Part shown: in pieces, positions 47,448-56,975 of the stretch
Numbering within the stretch: position 1 is the first letter of the stretch
How the letters are laid out: the number at the start of each line of letters is the position of its first letter
Origin: Candidatus Bathyarchaeota archaeon
GTDB lineage: Archaea; Thermoproteota; Bathyarchaeia; 40CM-2-53-6
Reading direction: 5' to 3'
NCBI GenBank assembly: GCA_963726255.1
Contig: CAVSBL010000002.1
Coordinates: 1,056,001-1,120,000, forward strand
DNA: 64,000 nt
Made by a program: the position numbers and the translations under genes
The notes under the pieces: model-generated
Told to the model about the DNA's origin: nothing
Seen by the model: the letters and a program-made list of their open reading frames with translations, nothing else
The model's database searches: none

Positions 47448-48691
47448 CCTGCGGCTCTCCGATGGTAGACAGCGAGAAAGTGGTCGCCCAGGTGGTTCAT
47501 CGGAAATGTCTTCCCTAAGTTGAAATCAAATGATTTCCACAAACCGAATAGTTTCCGGGGTGGAAGATACTTTGTGAGATTCGATGGAGGAAGGGTAATT
47601 ACAACCCCGTAGACTTTCTTCAATTCGAAATAGGGATTGACGATCCTCCCGAGTGATGCTACTGAAAACGCATTTGTCGCGACGCAAAACCTGGACTTTC
47701 CTAGTGGTACGGGGTTACGAAACCTTGCGAATGCGAGTTTAGGTTTCAATTTGAAGGTGTACCCGAATATTTCGTATAGGCAATACTTGTTCCACACGCC
47801 GAGAACAAGAGGCGCCCGTTCCTTCAGAATAACGTGGAGAACGCGAATTGTTTCTTCTAACCGTGGTTCTGTATTGATTGCCCCGTAAGTAGAGCACGCT
47901 CCGTCGAGTTGGGACAGGCCTAGCTTTGTCATTTGTTCTTCCAGATGAACCGGCCTAGAATGGACGCCGATTATGTTGTCTGAGACGCCTGACTCCTTCG
48001 CCTTTGCGTTAAGCACGTCGACCATTTTGCTGGAGATGTCGGTGGCGATTACTCTGACGCCACGCTTTGCAAGGCTCAGTGTTTCGGTTCCGGTACCACA
48101 GCCTATCTCTAAGACGGTGTCCCCTGGCTTGAATAGCTGACTCATTACGGCGACAGAAACATTCCGCAGCCACGTGTTTACCGGGTTACCAAAGATATGT
48201 CTGTCGTAATCTTTAGCGACTGCGTCAAAGGCAGCTTCAAGGTCGCCATATATCACCTCGTCAAAACTTGCGGAGGCACTTTCCTGTACAATCAGTTCCG
48301 CGTAACTATGCTGGCCCTTGTAGTATTGGTTGACAACTGCCTTTCCATACTTTCGGGTGAATATCGAAAGCAAGGGGTCATCGAGCCCAGTAATCGTCTT
48401 CGTTTGCGCAACGCAGTTGAAGACCTTATCCTGAAAGAACAGCCGTCCCTTTGGGTTGCTTTGAAGATTGAGGAACCATCCTTGCTTACCCGTCCTCGCT
48501 GGAAAAACAATAATCTTGGTTCCTACGAAGACGTACCTGATCAAAACCTGGTGTGGGGTTCCACTGATGCGCCCGATGGTTTCGAGTCTAAGGTACTGGT
48601 TTTGCGCCGACGGCGAGTCCAAACCTGCCTTGGATGAAGTTGAGGTTCCCTGCATTTTGTCAACCTCACTCTCCCGTAGCCTTCCGCTCAA
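47444..48691 (-). CDS. Class I SAM methyltransferase with N-terminal deazaflavin-nitroreductase-like (split-barrel) domain
   Basis: N-terminal LETIGRISG.PH, WFLNLQSNP, FTRKYG; C-terminal VLEIGCGTG, ATDISSKM. Confidence 0.82.
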   Translation of the reverse strand: MSGRLRESEVDKMQGTSTSSKAGLDSPSAQNQYLRLETIGRISGTPHQVLIRYVFVGTKIIVFPARTGKQGWFLNLQSNPKGRLFFQDKVFNCVAQTKTITGLDDPLLSIFTRKYGKAVVNQYYKGQHSYAELIVQESASASFDEVIYGDLEAAFDAVAKDYDRHIFGNPVNTWLRNVSVAVMSQLFKPGDTVLEIGCGTGTETLSLAKRGVRVIATDISSKMVDVLNAKAKESGVSDNIIGVHSRPVHLEEQMTKLGLSQLDGACSTYGAINTEPRLEETIRVLHVILKERAPLVLGVWNKYCLYEIFGYTFKLKPKLAFARFRNPVPLGKSRFCVATNAFSVASLGRIVNPYFELKKVYGVVITLPPSNLTKYLPPRKLFGLWKSFDFNLGKTFPMNHLGDHFLAVYHRRAAG

Positions 48692-48778
48692 CCGTCAAGT
48701 TCCTTCGTGTTGGTTTGTTTCCGGCTAGTTGGCTCATGAGGCAGGTACTCTAGAGCGGAGGTGGCATATGGGCTTGAC

Positions 48779-49735
48779 CTAGGACCTGTTCCCAAACCTT
48801 TTCCACGGTATGTGCTTCCGCGTTGAGCTTACATTATCAGAGATTGCGAGGAGGATGGATGCGGCCTCACCCACCAGCGCCACGGGCAGAGCGGCGACCA
48901 GGCGCAGGGAACCCGCCAACGTTCTGATGAGGATCGAGAGACATAGAAGCGGATGCGACGTCAACATCGACTCCAAGGTTCTTGGTGGCTGACCAATAGT
49001 CTTCCAGATTTGAAAATGGCCGTAAACTATTCTTCGGCGTTGGCGAACGATGTCCACGAAGTTACGGGGAACATCAATCCTCACCTTAGCCGCTTCGCAA
49101 AACCTAATGTTATAGCCAGCTAGATGTGCCATTCCTGCCAGGTATGCACCGTCGTTCACGGTATCCAGTGGCAGTTTTTGAAGTGCCTTGGCTCGAAGCG
49201 CTAACAGTTCGTCACAGCAGCGATTGTTGAGGTCGCCATCATCTAGCTTCTGCAAGAATTCATTATGAACTCCCCAGATCAACCGCAGGACGCCGCCCGT
49301 TATTCCCCCCTCGTCGCCCACGACAGGGGAAGCGGAAACCATTCCAATGCTTTCGTCTCGGGCAATTTCATGCAGTAGCCTCGAAATCGCGCCGGGCTCA
49401 GGAATGGCGTCAGAATTCACGAGAACCAAGAATTCTCCATCAAGTTCTTCTACGATCTGATTAATCGCAGCTGATTTTCCTCGCCTCGTCGGTTCCTCAA
49501 TCAACACTAAACGTTGGTCTTGGCGCGCAAGCTCTCGCGCGAACCTCAAAGCTTGAGGGTCGCAGCCACTGGCGACCAGAACAATTCTTCTCAGCGTTAA
49601 GCCGGCTGGGTAGGATTCACTCGTGATGAGTTCAAGCAGCCTAGCCAAGTTTGCGGCAGAGTCCGCGGCACAGATGCCTATCGAGAAGCCGGTCTTGAGG
49701 ACACTAGCTACACGTAGGACAACACTCTGGCTCAT
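48779..49735 (-). CDS. Glycosyltransferase family 2
   Basis: VASGCD, RRGKSAAIN, VNSD, VNDGAY, RQRRRIVYGH. Confidence 0.88.
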   Translation of the reverse strand: MSQSVVLRVASVLKTGFSIGICAADSAANLARLLELITSESYPAGLTLRRIVLVASGCDPQALRFARELARQDQRLVLIEEPTRRGKSAAINQIVEELDGEFLVLVNSDAIPEPGAISRLLHEIARDESIGMVSASPVVGDEGGITGGVLRLIWGVHNEFLQKLDDGDLNNRCCDELLALRAKALQKLPLDTVNDGAYLAGMAHLAGYNIRFCEAAKVRIDVPRNFVDIVRQRRRIVYGHFQIWKTIGQPPRTLESMLTSHPLLCLSILIRTLAGSLRLVAALPVALVGEAASILLAISDNVSSTRKHIPWKRFGNRS

Positions 49736-49765
49736 CGTCCAGATCCGCCCACCTTTACGATAAGG

Positions 49766-50725
49766 TTACTCGCCCCATAAAGCGAGGAGCCACTCGTAGA
49801 ACTTAGAGGTGTAGATGCAAGAGACGGGACTCATCTTCGTGCTAAAGACACGAAGGTTTTGGCCTCGCGAACTGAGCTTGAGGTTGGTTAAGTATGCCCT
49901 TATGTGGAGATAGCAACGTAGAACTGGAAAGACTATCCCTTCGGCCCAGTTGAGAAGAAATGAAAGCCGCATCGCGTCGTCAGCCCCAACCCTTTGATCA
50001 CCAGTGTCTCCCTTCAAGTCTTTGAGTTTTGCATTGTAAGGGAGTGAATAGAGCTCCCCCACCCAGTCGTTTCTTTGGAGTAGCTCTCTGTACTGATCTG
50101 AACCCGCGACGGGTTTTGCTTTGAGCAGTTCGCGGGCAAAGAGCGGGTTAGTTCTATTCATGTGAGATTCTTCATCGAAGCCTTCCTGGTCGTGGACGTA
50201 GCTCAAGCAGAAGAGAGAAAGGTGCGGCGGCCGCAAGCCCAAGAGCTTGTTCAATCTCACAAGAACCAACGTCATGAGAGCCGTGAGCCAGAGCCTATTT
50301 CGCTGCGTAACGATGAACAGGTCTATGTCGTCCCATTTGTCGGCGCTTCCGTAGGCAACGCTGCCAGTAACAGCAACTGTTCGAATGAAAGGCACTAACC
50401 GTGTCAAGACTCTCGCGAATTTCGCTGCCGAATCTAACTTCGCGGCGGACATCCGCTCTCTTTCCAAGCGAGAAGTGTCCGATTGGCTCGCACTTATGAG
50501 TAGGTAGCCGTCTTTGACTTGGAATGGAATGTCCGCGAAATCGTGCGTCGTCAACATAGATCGAAGTTGCTCGCCGGTAAGTTTCGTTTTCGGCAGAAAA
50601 TAAGTTGCCACTTCATCCAAGGTGAAAGGAAAATTGAGGTACTCCGATACCTTGAAGACTTTCTCCAGCCCTTCATGAATTTGATCGGAAACGACTTGAT
50701 TCTCCGCCGGAAGGGCTGTCTGCAA
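49766..50725 (-). CDS. Nucleotidyltransferase-fold protein
   Basis: LNFPFTLDE, PFIRTVAVTGSVAYG...DDIDLFIVT...RLW (GS...DxD motif). Confidence 0.75.
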   Translation of the reverse strand: MQTALPAENQVVSDQIHEGLEKVFKVSEYLNFPFTLDEVATYFLPKTKLTGEQLRSMLTTHDFADIPFQVKDGYLLISASQSDTSRLERERMSAAKLDSAAKFARVLTRLVPFIRTVAVTGSVAYGSADKWDDIDLFIVTQRNRLWLTALMTLVLVRLNKLLGLRPPHLSLFCLSYVHDQEGFDEESHMNRTNPLFARELLKAKPVAGSDQYRELLQRNDWVGELYSLPYNAKLKDLKGDTGDQRVGADDAMRLSFLLNWAEGIVFPVLRCYLHIRAYLTNLKLSSRGQNLRVFSTKMSPVSCIYTSKFYEWLLALWGE

Positions 50726-51048
50726 CTTGATTCATCCTTGAACTTTAGCTTGCAATTGTGTTAGGTGAATTTCGCACTCGATGACTGGCGAGGGTATAAA
50801 AGAATTACTACTACAAGCGTAGTAACTTGCAAGCCGGGAACGGGCGACGCAGTAGGTTTCCTCCAGTTGAAACCTGTACGCCATCGGAGAGTAGTTAAGG
50901 TGGTTTACGCAGGTACCGTCGCGCGGCATGACGTGGATCGACTGACCTGCACCGAGGCCCCTCACGCCAGATGAGGAGATGCATCTCCGCTGACCGCAAC
51001 AACGCTTATACTTACTAGCTCATGCTTGTCGTAACGAACGGTGCCCGA

Positions 51049-51645
51049 ATGTCGGAATCTCGTGAGTACGTAGCGCCCAGCTGGGACAAAATCTACGAGA
51101 TGATTGTGGACCTAGCTCTCGGGATTAGAGCGTCCGGTTTCAAGCCAGACCTTATTGTTGGCGTCTCAAGAGGAGGTTGGGCGCCAGGAAGAATCCTATC
51201 CGACCTGCTCGAGAACCCCCATACGGCCAACATCAAAATTGAGTTCTATGTAGGCATCGAAAAGACAGGGAGAAAACCCGTCGTAACTCAGCCAATCAGC
51301 GAGGACATTTCCAAGAAGAATGTGTTGGTCGTCGACGACGTGGCCGATACCGGGGAGAGCCTGAAGCTCGCTTTGGACCATGTGCTTGAGAAGGGCGCTC
51401 GGAAGATTATGACGGTAACCGTATTCTACAAACCGCACAGCAAATTCAAACCAGACTTTTTCGCGGACACGACAAGCAATTGGATAATCTTTCCATGGGA
51501 GAGGCTGGAGGCAACAAAACTGTTACTCGACGAAGCCAAGGCTGAAGGGCGCAGTCTAGATTCTGTTCGTGCCGTATTGAAGAAGTGCGGGATCGAAGGC
51601 AGGATTGCAGATTCGCTCTTCCAACTAGCTAACGGCGGTTCCTAG
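51049..51645 (+). CDS. Purine phosphoribosyltransferase (Gpt/Hpt-like)
   Basis: VGVSRGG, VLVVDDVADTGES, KP, WIIFPWE. Confidence 0.9.
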   Translation: MSESREYVAPSWDKIYEMIVDLALGIRASGFKPDLIVGVSRGGWAPGRILSDLLENPHTANIKIEFYVGIEKTGRKPVVTQPISEDISKKNVLVVDDVADTGESLKLALDHVLEKGARKIMTVTVFYKPHSKFKPDFFADTTSNWIIFPWERLEATKLLLDEAKAEGRSLDSVRAVLKKCGIEGRIADSLFQLANGGS

Positions 51646-51648
51646 TGG

Positions 51649-52215
51649 TTGTTATTCGCGATCAAGGATCCGGCGGAGTTCGTTTGGATTTCAGCGTTTG
51701 ACGTCAAACCTGACGACGTGGAGCTTGTACTCCGATCCATGCAGCAGCAGTTCCCTGACGTTAGTGTTCAACTAGTAGACTTGGACAAGGTAGGAGGCTC
51801 TCGTTATTTGTTTCTTGCCACCTTTAACGCGCTCAAATCTTTCCGTTCAGCGCATCCGATCGCACGCTCGCTCAGCATGGAAATCTTGCTTTATGTCGCG
51901 GCGAACAGACAGATAGGCGAAGCCTTGAAAATTGCGGGCGTAACTGCTGAAACTAGGAATGTCGCAACAATCGCTGAAGGCGACTCAAGAAGCCAGGTCT
52001 TGGAAGCTGCCGCAACCCTCCGAGAGATGCTCAAGAGAGAGGAAAGCGACGAGTTACTCGATAAATGGGATGGGAAACGCGTTGATCACGTTCGATCGGT
52101 CCATGGGATAGGTGATAAAGAGATCCGTGCTACACTCCGCAAGAATGAAGACCTGACCAAAGCCGTTGAGCGTTTAGCCATTGAAAGGTCTGCTATGCTC
52201 GCTATCAAGAAGTAA
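51649..52215 (+). CDS. cgi121: KEOPS complex subunit Cgi121
   Basis: IARSLSMEILLYVAANRQIGEALK.AGV, C-terminal IERSAML. Confidence 0.88.
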   Translation: MLFAIKDPAEFVWISAFDVKPDDVELVLRSMQQQFPDVSVQLVDLDKVGGSRYLFLATFNALKSFRSAHPIARSLSMEILLYVAANRQIGEALKIAGVTAETRNVATIAEGDSRSQVLEAAATLREMLKREESDELLDKWDGKRVDHVRSVHGIGDKEIRATLRKNEDLTKAVERLAIERSAMLAIKK

Positions 52216-52220
52216 CATAC

Positions 52221-52754
52221 TCAGGCCTTTCGCTTAGCCCGCTCAATCGAAAGGACATCGTCAGAGCGAATCAGGGCTAGACCTGCCAATTCGCCAATTA
52301 CCTCGACCAACACGATCCTGTCGGGATTCTCGAGGTCAACTTTTCGCTCGATGTGTTTTGCAATAGTGTCAATTATCGTTTTGCTCGACAAATCCGTGTG
52401 CCGTTTCTCTATTGTGATTCTGAACTTTTCCTCTTTCCCTATTCGTTCTCCCATTTCGATAGCTGCGTCCTTGATTGCCTCGAGGCTGGCCTCCACGACC
52501 CTTTGAATCGGAACGAGTTTCAAAGTGTACTTGAATTCCCACGGCCGTTCTCTCAGAAGGCTGCCAAGGTCTCGAATGGCTTTGATCGGGTCAAGCTTTG
52601 TTTTGGCAACGACTAGGCCGATTACGGAGGTTGTCTCGATTGTTGAACCGCGGTCGCCGACTTCTCCGAGTAGATACCACATCTCGCTGCACGTGTTTCT
52701 CTCGTTGCCTCTGCTGGTCGAGATGATCAGGTTGAAGTCGTTCAGCAAAGGCAT
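52221..52754 (-). CDS. THUMP domain RNA-binding protein
   Basis: FNLIISTSRGNE, LVPI, FRITIEKRH, VDLENPD.IVLVEV. Confidence 0.9.
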   Translation of the reverse strand: MPLLNDFNLIISTSRGNERNTCSEMWYLLGEVGDRGSTIETTSVIGLVVAKTKLDPIKAIRDLGSLLRERPWEFKYTLKLVPIQRVVEASLEAIKDAAIEMGERIGKEEKFRITIEKRHTDLSSKTIIDTIAKHIERKVDLENPDRIVLVEVIGELAGLALIRSDDVLSIERAKRKA

Positions 52755-52797
52755 ACCCCGGAATCCTGCGAAAGGTAAGCTCGTACCTTAATAGCTA

Positions 52798-53418
52798 TCA
52801 TGGGTTCCCCCCTCGTAGACAATTCATTATTTCCCGTGCTCCAATCGGTCCTTCACGTAGTATGGTGAAAGTTGGTTTAGTGAGGTTGACCACGGTCGAG
52901 GCTACGCCGAGTGGAGCTCTCCCTCCATCTAAAATGAGATCAACACGATCCCCTAGGTCCCTAGCTGCCTCCTCTGCGGAGACGGCTGGCGGTTTTCCTG
53001 TCAGGTTGGCGCTCGTCCCAACCAACGCGCCAGAGCACAAGCCGAGGAGGCTCAAACAGATTGAGTGTTTCGGCGAGCGCAAGCCCACAGTCCCGTCAAA
53101 GACTAGGTTTTCCGGGAGAACACCAAGAGCGGGAAGAACCAGCGTAAGCGGGCCAGGCCAGAATTTCCGTGCAAGCTTTCTCGCGCGGTCCGGGATTTGA
53201 GCTAGGCGTTCGGCATTTTCGATGTCTTTCACCAATACGGGCAACGGTCTAGTGGGAACACCCTTTACGCTCCTCGTCCGTTCAACCGCCGAAGAGTCGA
53301 GTGGATTGCAGCCCAAGCCATACACCGTGTCTGTCGGGTAGCAGATGAGCCCACCCTTTCCAACAACCTCTACTGCCGCAGTCAACCCTTCCAAGTCGGC
53401 TTTCAAGACGCGTGCCAA
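52798..53418 (-). CDS. sua5: L-threonylcarbamoyladenylate synthase (Sua5/TsaC)
   Basis: YPTDTVYGLGC, FWPGPLTL, TSANLTG, STVV. Confidence 0.92.
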   Translation of the reverse strand: MARVLKADLEGLTAAVEVVGKGGLICYPTDTVYGLGCNPLDSSAVERTRSVKGVPTRPLPVLVKDIENAERLAQIPDRARKLARKFWPGPLTLVLPALGVLPENLVFDGTVGLRSPKHSICLSLLGLCSGALVGTSANLTGKPPAVSAEEAARDLGDRVDLILDGGRAPLGVASTVVNLTKPTFTILREGPIGAREIMNCLRGGNP

Positions 53419-53530
53419 CGAAATCGACGAACCTGCCGAAGCCAACAAAGTCGCGAACAGCTTAAAGATTAGTCCTCCGAGACTGACTCATTCCTTTCAC
53501 GGTAGACGCGGAAGACAAGAGGCCAATAGT

Positions 53531-54493
53531 GTGAAAACTGGCAGGTCTAGTAAGATCATTGTTCATGGTGGCGCGGGATTCTGGAAGAGCGACATCAGGA
53601 GCGCTTTGATCGGCGTCCGAAGGTCAGCGTCCCTTGGGTCGAGGGTTCTAGTAAATGGCGGCTCAGCTCTCGATGCTGTCGAATCGGCTGTTTCCGTTAT
53701 GGAAGACGACCCTGTATTCAATGCTGGCAGGGGGTCGTCTCTGACCTTTAACGGGACGGTCGAGATGGATGCAGCCATAATGGATGGGAGGGACCTTACC
53801 GCTGGGGCAGTTGCGCTCGTTCGCAAGGTAAAGAACCCAGTCCAACTCGCCCGCTTAGTTATGGAAAAGACCGACCACGTGCTTCTTGCTGGACGTACAG
53901 CGGAGAGACTGGCGAGGGCCTACTCGCTTCCTGTCACGAATCCTATTACCCCGAAAAGGCGCCGAATGCTTCTAAAATTGAAAAGAGGCCCATTGGACGC
54001 CCGATTGGCGTGGGTCCGGAAGAACCCGACCTTGTTGAGAAGCCATCCTGAGATCATTAAACACGACACTGTTGGCGCCGTGGCTCTGGATGCGAAGGGG
54101 AATTTCGCGGCCGCAGCCTCGACGGGGGGAACAACCATGAAGTTGCCTGGCAGAATCGGAGATACACCGCAGATTGGTTCAGGGGTCTATTCTGACAACC
54201 GGTGTGGAGCCGCAACGGTGACTGGTTGGGGAGAAGTAGCCATCAGGCTGACTCTATCAAAGGCAGTCTGCTCTTCTATGGAAAGAGGCCTGCCTGCGTC
54301 TAGGGCTGCAGAGCTGTCGGTGAGGATGGCGTCAAAACGTTTGAAGGGCGAAGCTGGCGTGATAGCCATTGACCGCCATGGGCGACTTGCCGCGGTTCAT
54401 AATACTCCCTACATGCCATGGGCATTCTGGGCAACGGGGATGCGTGCCCCTCAGGCGGTTTCGCGTGGAAAGATAGTGTCCCGGTTGCGGTAA
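53531..54493 (+). CDS. Isoaspartyl peptidase/L-asparaginase (Ntn hydrolase)
   Basis: IVHGGAG, FNAGRGS, EMDAAIMDG, DTVGAVA, STGG, GRIGD. Confidence 0.93.
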   Translation: MKTGRSSKIIVHGGAGFWKSDIRSALIGVRRSASLGSRVLVNGGSALDAVESAVSVMEDDPVFNAGRGSSLTFNGTVEMDAAIMDGRDLTAGAVALVRKVKNPVQLARLVMEKTDHVLLAGRTAERLARAYSLPVTNPITPKRRRMLLKLKRGPLDARLAWVRKNPTLLRSHPEIIKHDTVGAVALDAKGNFAAAASTGGTTMKLPGRIGDTPQIGSGVYSDNRCGAATVTGWGEVAIRLTLSKAVCSSMERGLPASRAAELSVRMASKRLKGEAGVIAIDRHGRLAAVHNTPYMPWAFWATGMRAPQAVSRGKIVSRLR

Positions 54494-54633
54494 GCGTCGT
54501 GGCAGAGAGAGAAGCAAAGTTTCGCGTTCTCCAAATCAAACATGAAGAATCGAGAATGATTCAAAATCGGCAAAAGTTTTAAAGCCCCACCTTAGGGGGG
54601 TTAGTCGAGCTTTTGTCACGGGAGTTTCTTCTC

Positions 54634-54735
54634 TTGAGTGAAGATGAGAATTGGGATAATGGAGAAGAAGACGACTGGACAGATGACGAATGGGGAGAAG
54701 ATGATGGCTGGGGAGAAGAAGAAGAGGAATGGTGA
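54634..54735 (+). CDS. Putative 33-aa acidic Trp-periodic micro-protein (not in ORF track)
   Basis: MSEDENWDNGEEDDWTDDEWGEDDGWGEEEEEW*; GGAG ~10 nt before the TTG start; TTTTAAA at ~54577. Confidence 0.55.
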   Translation: MSEDENWDNGEEDDWTDDEWGEDDGWGEEEEEW

Positions 54736-54817
54736 CTGAGTCCAGCCTCAATTTCCTTTTTGCCCACAAAAACCGCTAACGAAAGGAAGATTCCCAGACA
54801 AAGTGGAGGATTTTCTA

Positions 54818-56596
54818 TTGCTACGTGTAGCCACACTGGACAAAGAACATTGTAAACCAGATGACTGCGGGATACCCTGCTATAGGTTCTGTCCAGAAGT
54901 ATTGAACCGAAGGTACGCAATCAAATTCATCGCCGGACAAAAGAAACCGATCATCGATGAAGACCTCTGCACAGGCTGCGGAATCTGCATCAAGAAATGC
55001 CCCTTCGACGCCATAACCATCGTAAAACTCCCACAGGAACTCGATGGGGAATGCATTCACAGCTACGGCGTCAACGATTTCAAACTATTCAGGCTACCTG
55101 TCCCACTAACTGGGAAAGTCATAGGATTAATCGGCCGAAATGGAACAGGCAAAAGTACCGCTCTACGAATTTTGGCTGGCGAACTCACGCCAAACTTCGG
55201 TACCCCAGAAACCCAGACAAACTGGGACACAGTTCTGAAAAGGTACCGTGGAACGTTGCTGCATGAGTATTTCAGTAGAATTTCAGCCAAGAAGTTGAAG
55301 GTCGTTCACAAACCCCAACATGTCGACAAGCTCGCATCAGTTCTGCAAGGTAGGATAGGCCTACTACTCAAGAAGGTTGACGAGCGCGGAAAACTCGCTG
55401 AGCTTGTCAAGGAACTTGAGCTGGAAACGCTTCTCGAAAGAGAAGCAAAGGTGCTGAGTGGAGGAGAACTACAACGCGTCGCAATAGCGGCGGCCATCAC
55501 GAGGGATGCGGACGTATACATTTTCGATGAGCCTTCCAGCTACCTAGACATTTACCAAAGAATGCGGGCTGCAGGAAGTATAAGGAGACTTGTGGACGAG
55601 GGCAAGTCCGTGATTGTTGCAGAACATGACTTGGCGATGCTCGATTACCTGTCTGATGAAGTCTACCTGGTCTATGGGCAACCGAGCTCGTACGGTATCG
55701 TCTCGCACGTCCACCCCACTAGGGGCGGAATCAACGATTATCTAATCGGGTTTCTGCCCGACGAGAACATGCGCTTCCGGGACGAACCTATTCGTTTCCA
55801 CGTAAGGCCACCGAGGCAGATCGACGTCGAATCCCAAACCAAGCTCGAATGGCCGGAGATAAGCAAGAGCTTCGGAAAATTCCGCCTGCGTGTCGAATCG
55901 GGCTCCATAAGCTCAGGCGAAATCGTCGGCGTTCTGGGTGCCAACGGAATCGGGAAAACCACATTCATCAAAGAGCTGTTGGAATACTATGCAGAGTCAG
56001 CCCAGAACCGGCTGCAGGTAAGTTACAAGCCCCAGTACATCTCCTCTGTCTACGATGGAACGGTTGATGGACTTCTAACAAGTGTTGCCGACGACTACTC
56101 TTCAGCCCTGTTCACCGATGAAGTAATTCGTCCACTGTCGATAAGCAAATTGTTGGATAGGAAAATAGGTGAACTGAGCGGTGGGGAATTGCAGCGTGTT
56201 GCAATTGCGGCTTGTTTGGGCAAGTCAGCTCAGGTTTACTTGCTAGATGAACCGAGCGCCTTCTTGGATGTCGAAGAGAGGTTGAATGTGGCCAAGGCCT
56301 TGAGGCATTTGGTAGACTCACGCCAAGCTTTCGCTTTCGTTGTCGAACATGATATTGTCGCTCAAGACTTCCTCGCGGACCGGATAATGGTTTTCAAAGG
56401 GTTGCCGAGCATCAGTGGCCAAGGCGCGACCCCAATGCCCTTGCGTGATGCGATGAACATTTTCCTCTCCGATATGGGCATCACATTCAGGCGGGACCCT
56501 GAAACCAAACGGCCGCGCATAAACAAAATGGACAGTAAGCTGGACAAAGAGCAGAAGGGTTCGGGCGAGTTCTACTACGCTGCCGCGACTGAATAG
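54818..56596 (+). CDS. Ribosome recycling ATPase ABCE1/RLI
   Basis: Two 4Fe-4S motifs (CKPDDC...CP; CTGCGIC..KCP), two ABC NBDs (LSGGELQR), TFRRDP; RBS GGAGGA before TTG 54818. Confidence 0.97.
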   Translation: MLRVATLDKEHCKPDDCGIPCYRFCPEVLNRRYAIKFIAGQKKPIIDEDLCTGCGICIKKCPFDAITIVKLPQELDGECIHSYGVNDFKLFRLPVPLTGKVIGLIGRNGTGKSTALRILAGELTPNFGTPETQTNWDTVLKRYRGTLLHEYFSRISAKKLKVVHKPQHVDKLASVLQGRIGLLLKKVDERGKLAELVKELELETLLEREAKVLSGGELQRVAIAAAITRDADVYIFDEPSSYLDIYQRMRAAGSIRRLVDEGKSVIVAEHDLAMLDYLSDEVYLVYGQPSSYGIVSHVHPTRGGINDYLIGFLPDENMRFRDEPIRFHVRPPRQIDVESQTKLEWPEISKSFGKFRLRVESGSISSGEIVGVLGANGIGKTTFIKELLEYYAESAQNRLQVSYKPQYISSVYDGTVDGLLTSVADDYSSALFTDEVIRPLSISKLLDRKIGELSGGELQRVAIAACLGKSAQVYLLDEPSAFLDVEERLNVAKALRHLVDSRQAFAFVVEHDIVAQDFLADRIMVFKGLPSISGQGATPMPLRDAMNIFLSDMGITFRRDPETKRPRINKMDSKLDKEQKGSGEFYYAAATE

Positions 56597-56636
56597 GCTG
56601 CTACAGGTTTAACTATGTCGTCTCCAAATTACCCGA

Positions 56637-56864
56637 ATGGAGACCAAACCCGAAGTGACAACGAACTACTGCCTCGAATGTGGCGGAATACTAACCTACG
56701 ATAGCGCACTGAAGCACTATACCTGCAAGAGCTGCGGCCTCACCGTGAGCGCCCAACAATTGATGGAGGGCCGTCTCAAGATTCGCAAACGCGAAACGCC
56801 AGAAGAGCAACACCGGCGCAAGCAGAACGAGTACTTAAAATGGTGGCTCTCCAAGAAAGAATAG
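56637..56864 (+). CDS. Small zinc-ribbon protein
   Basis: CLECGG...YTCKSCG, C-terminal EYLKWWLSKK. Confidence 0.8.
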   Translation: METKPEVTTNYCLECGGILTYDSALKHYTCKSCGLTVSAQQLMEGRLKIRKRETPEEQHRRKQNEYLKWWLSKKE

Positions 56865-56975
56865 AATTCCGCCGTACCCTGTTACAGAGGTAACAGGTTC
56901 CCGTGAGTTTTTCCAGAAGAGATACCGTTTAATCGGCAACGTTTGATTCAGCACAGTACCCGAGTGTAAGCAAGA

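Noticed and set aside
34405-48736. 14-nt match tgagccaactagcc at 34405 and (inverted) ~48723
   Set aside because: A 14-mer match is expected by chance in a 64-kb window, and the two sites share no context.
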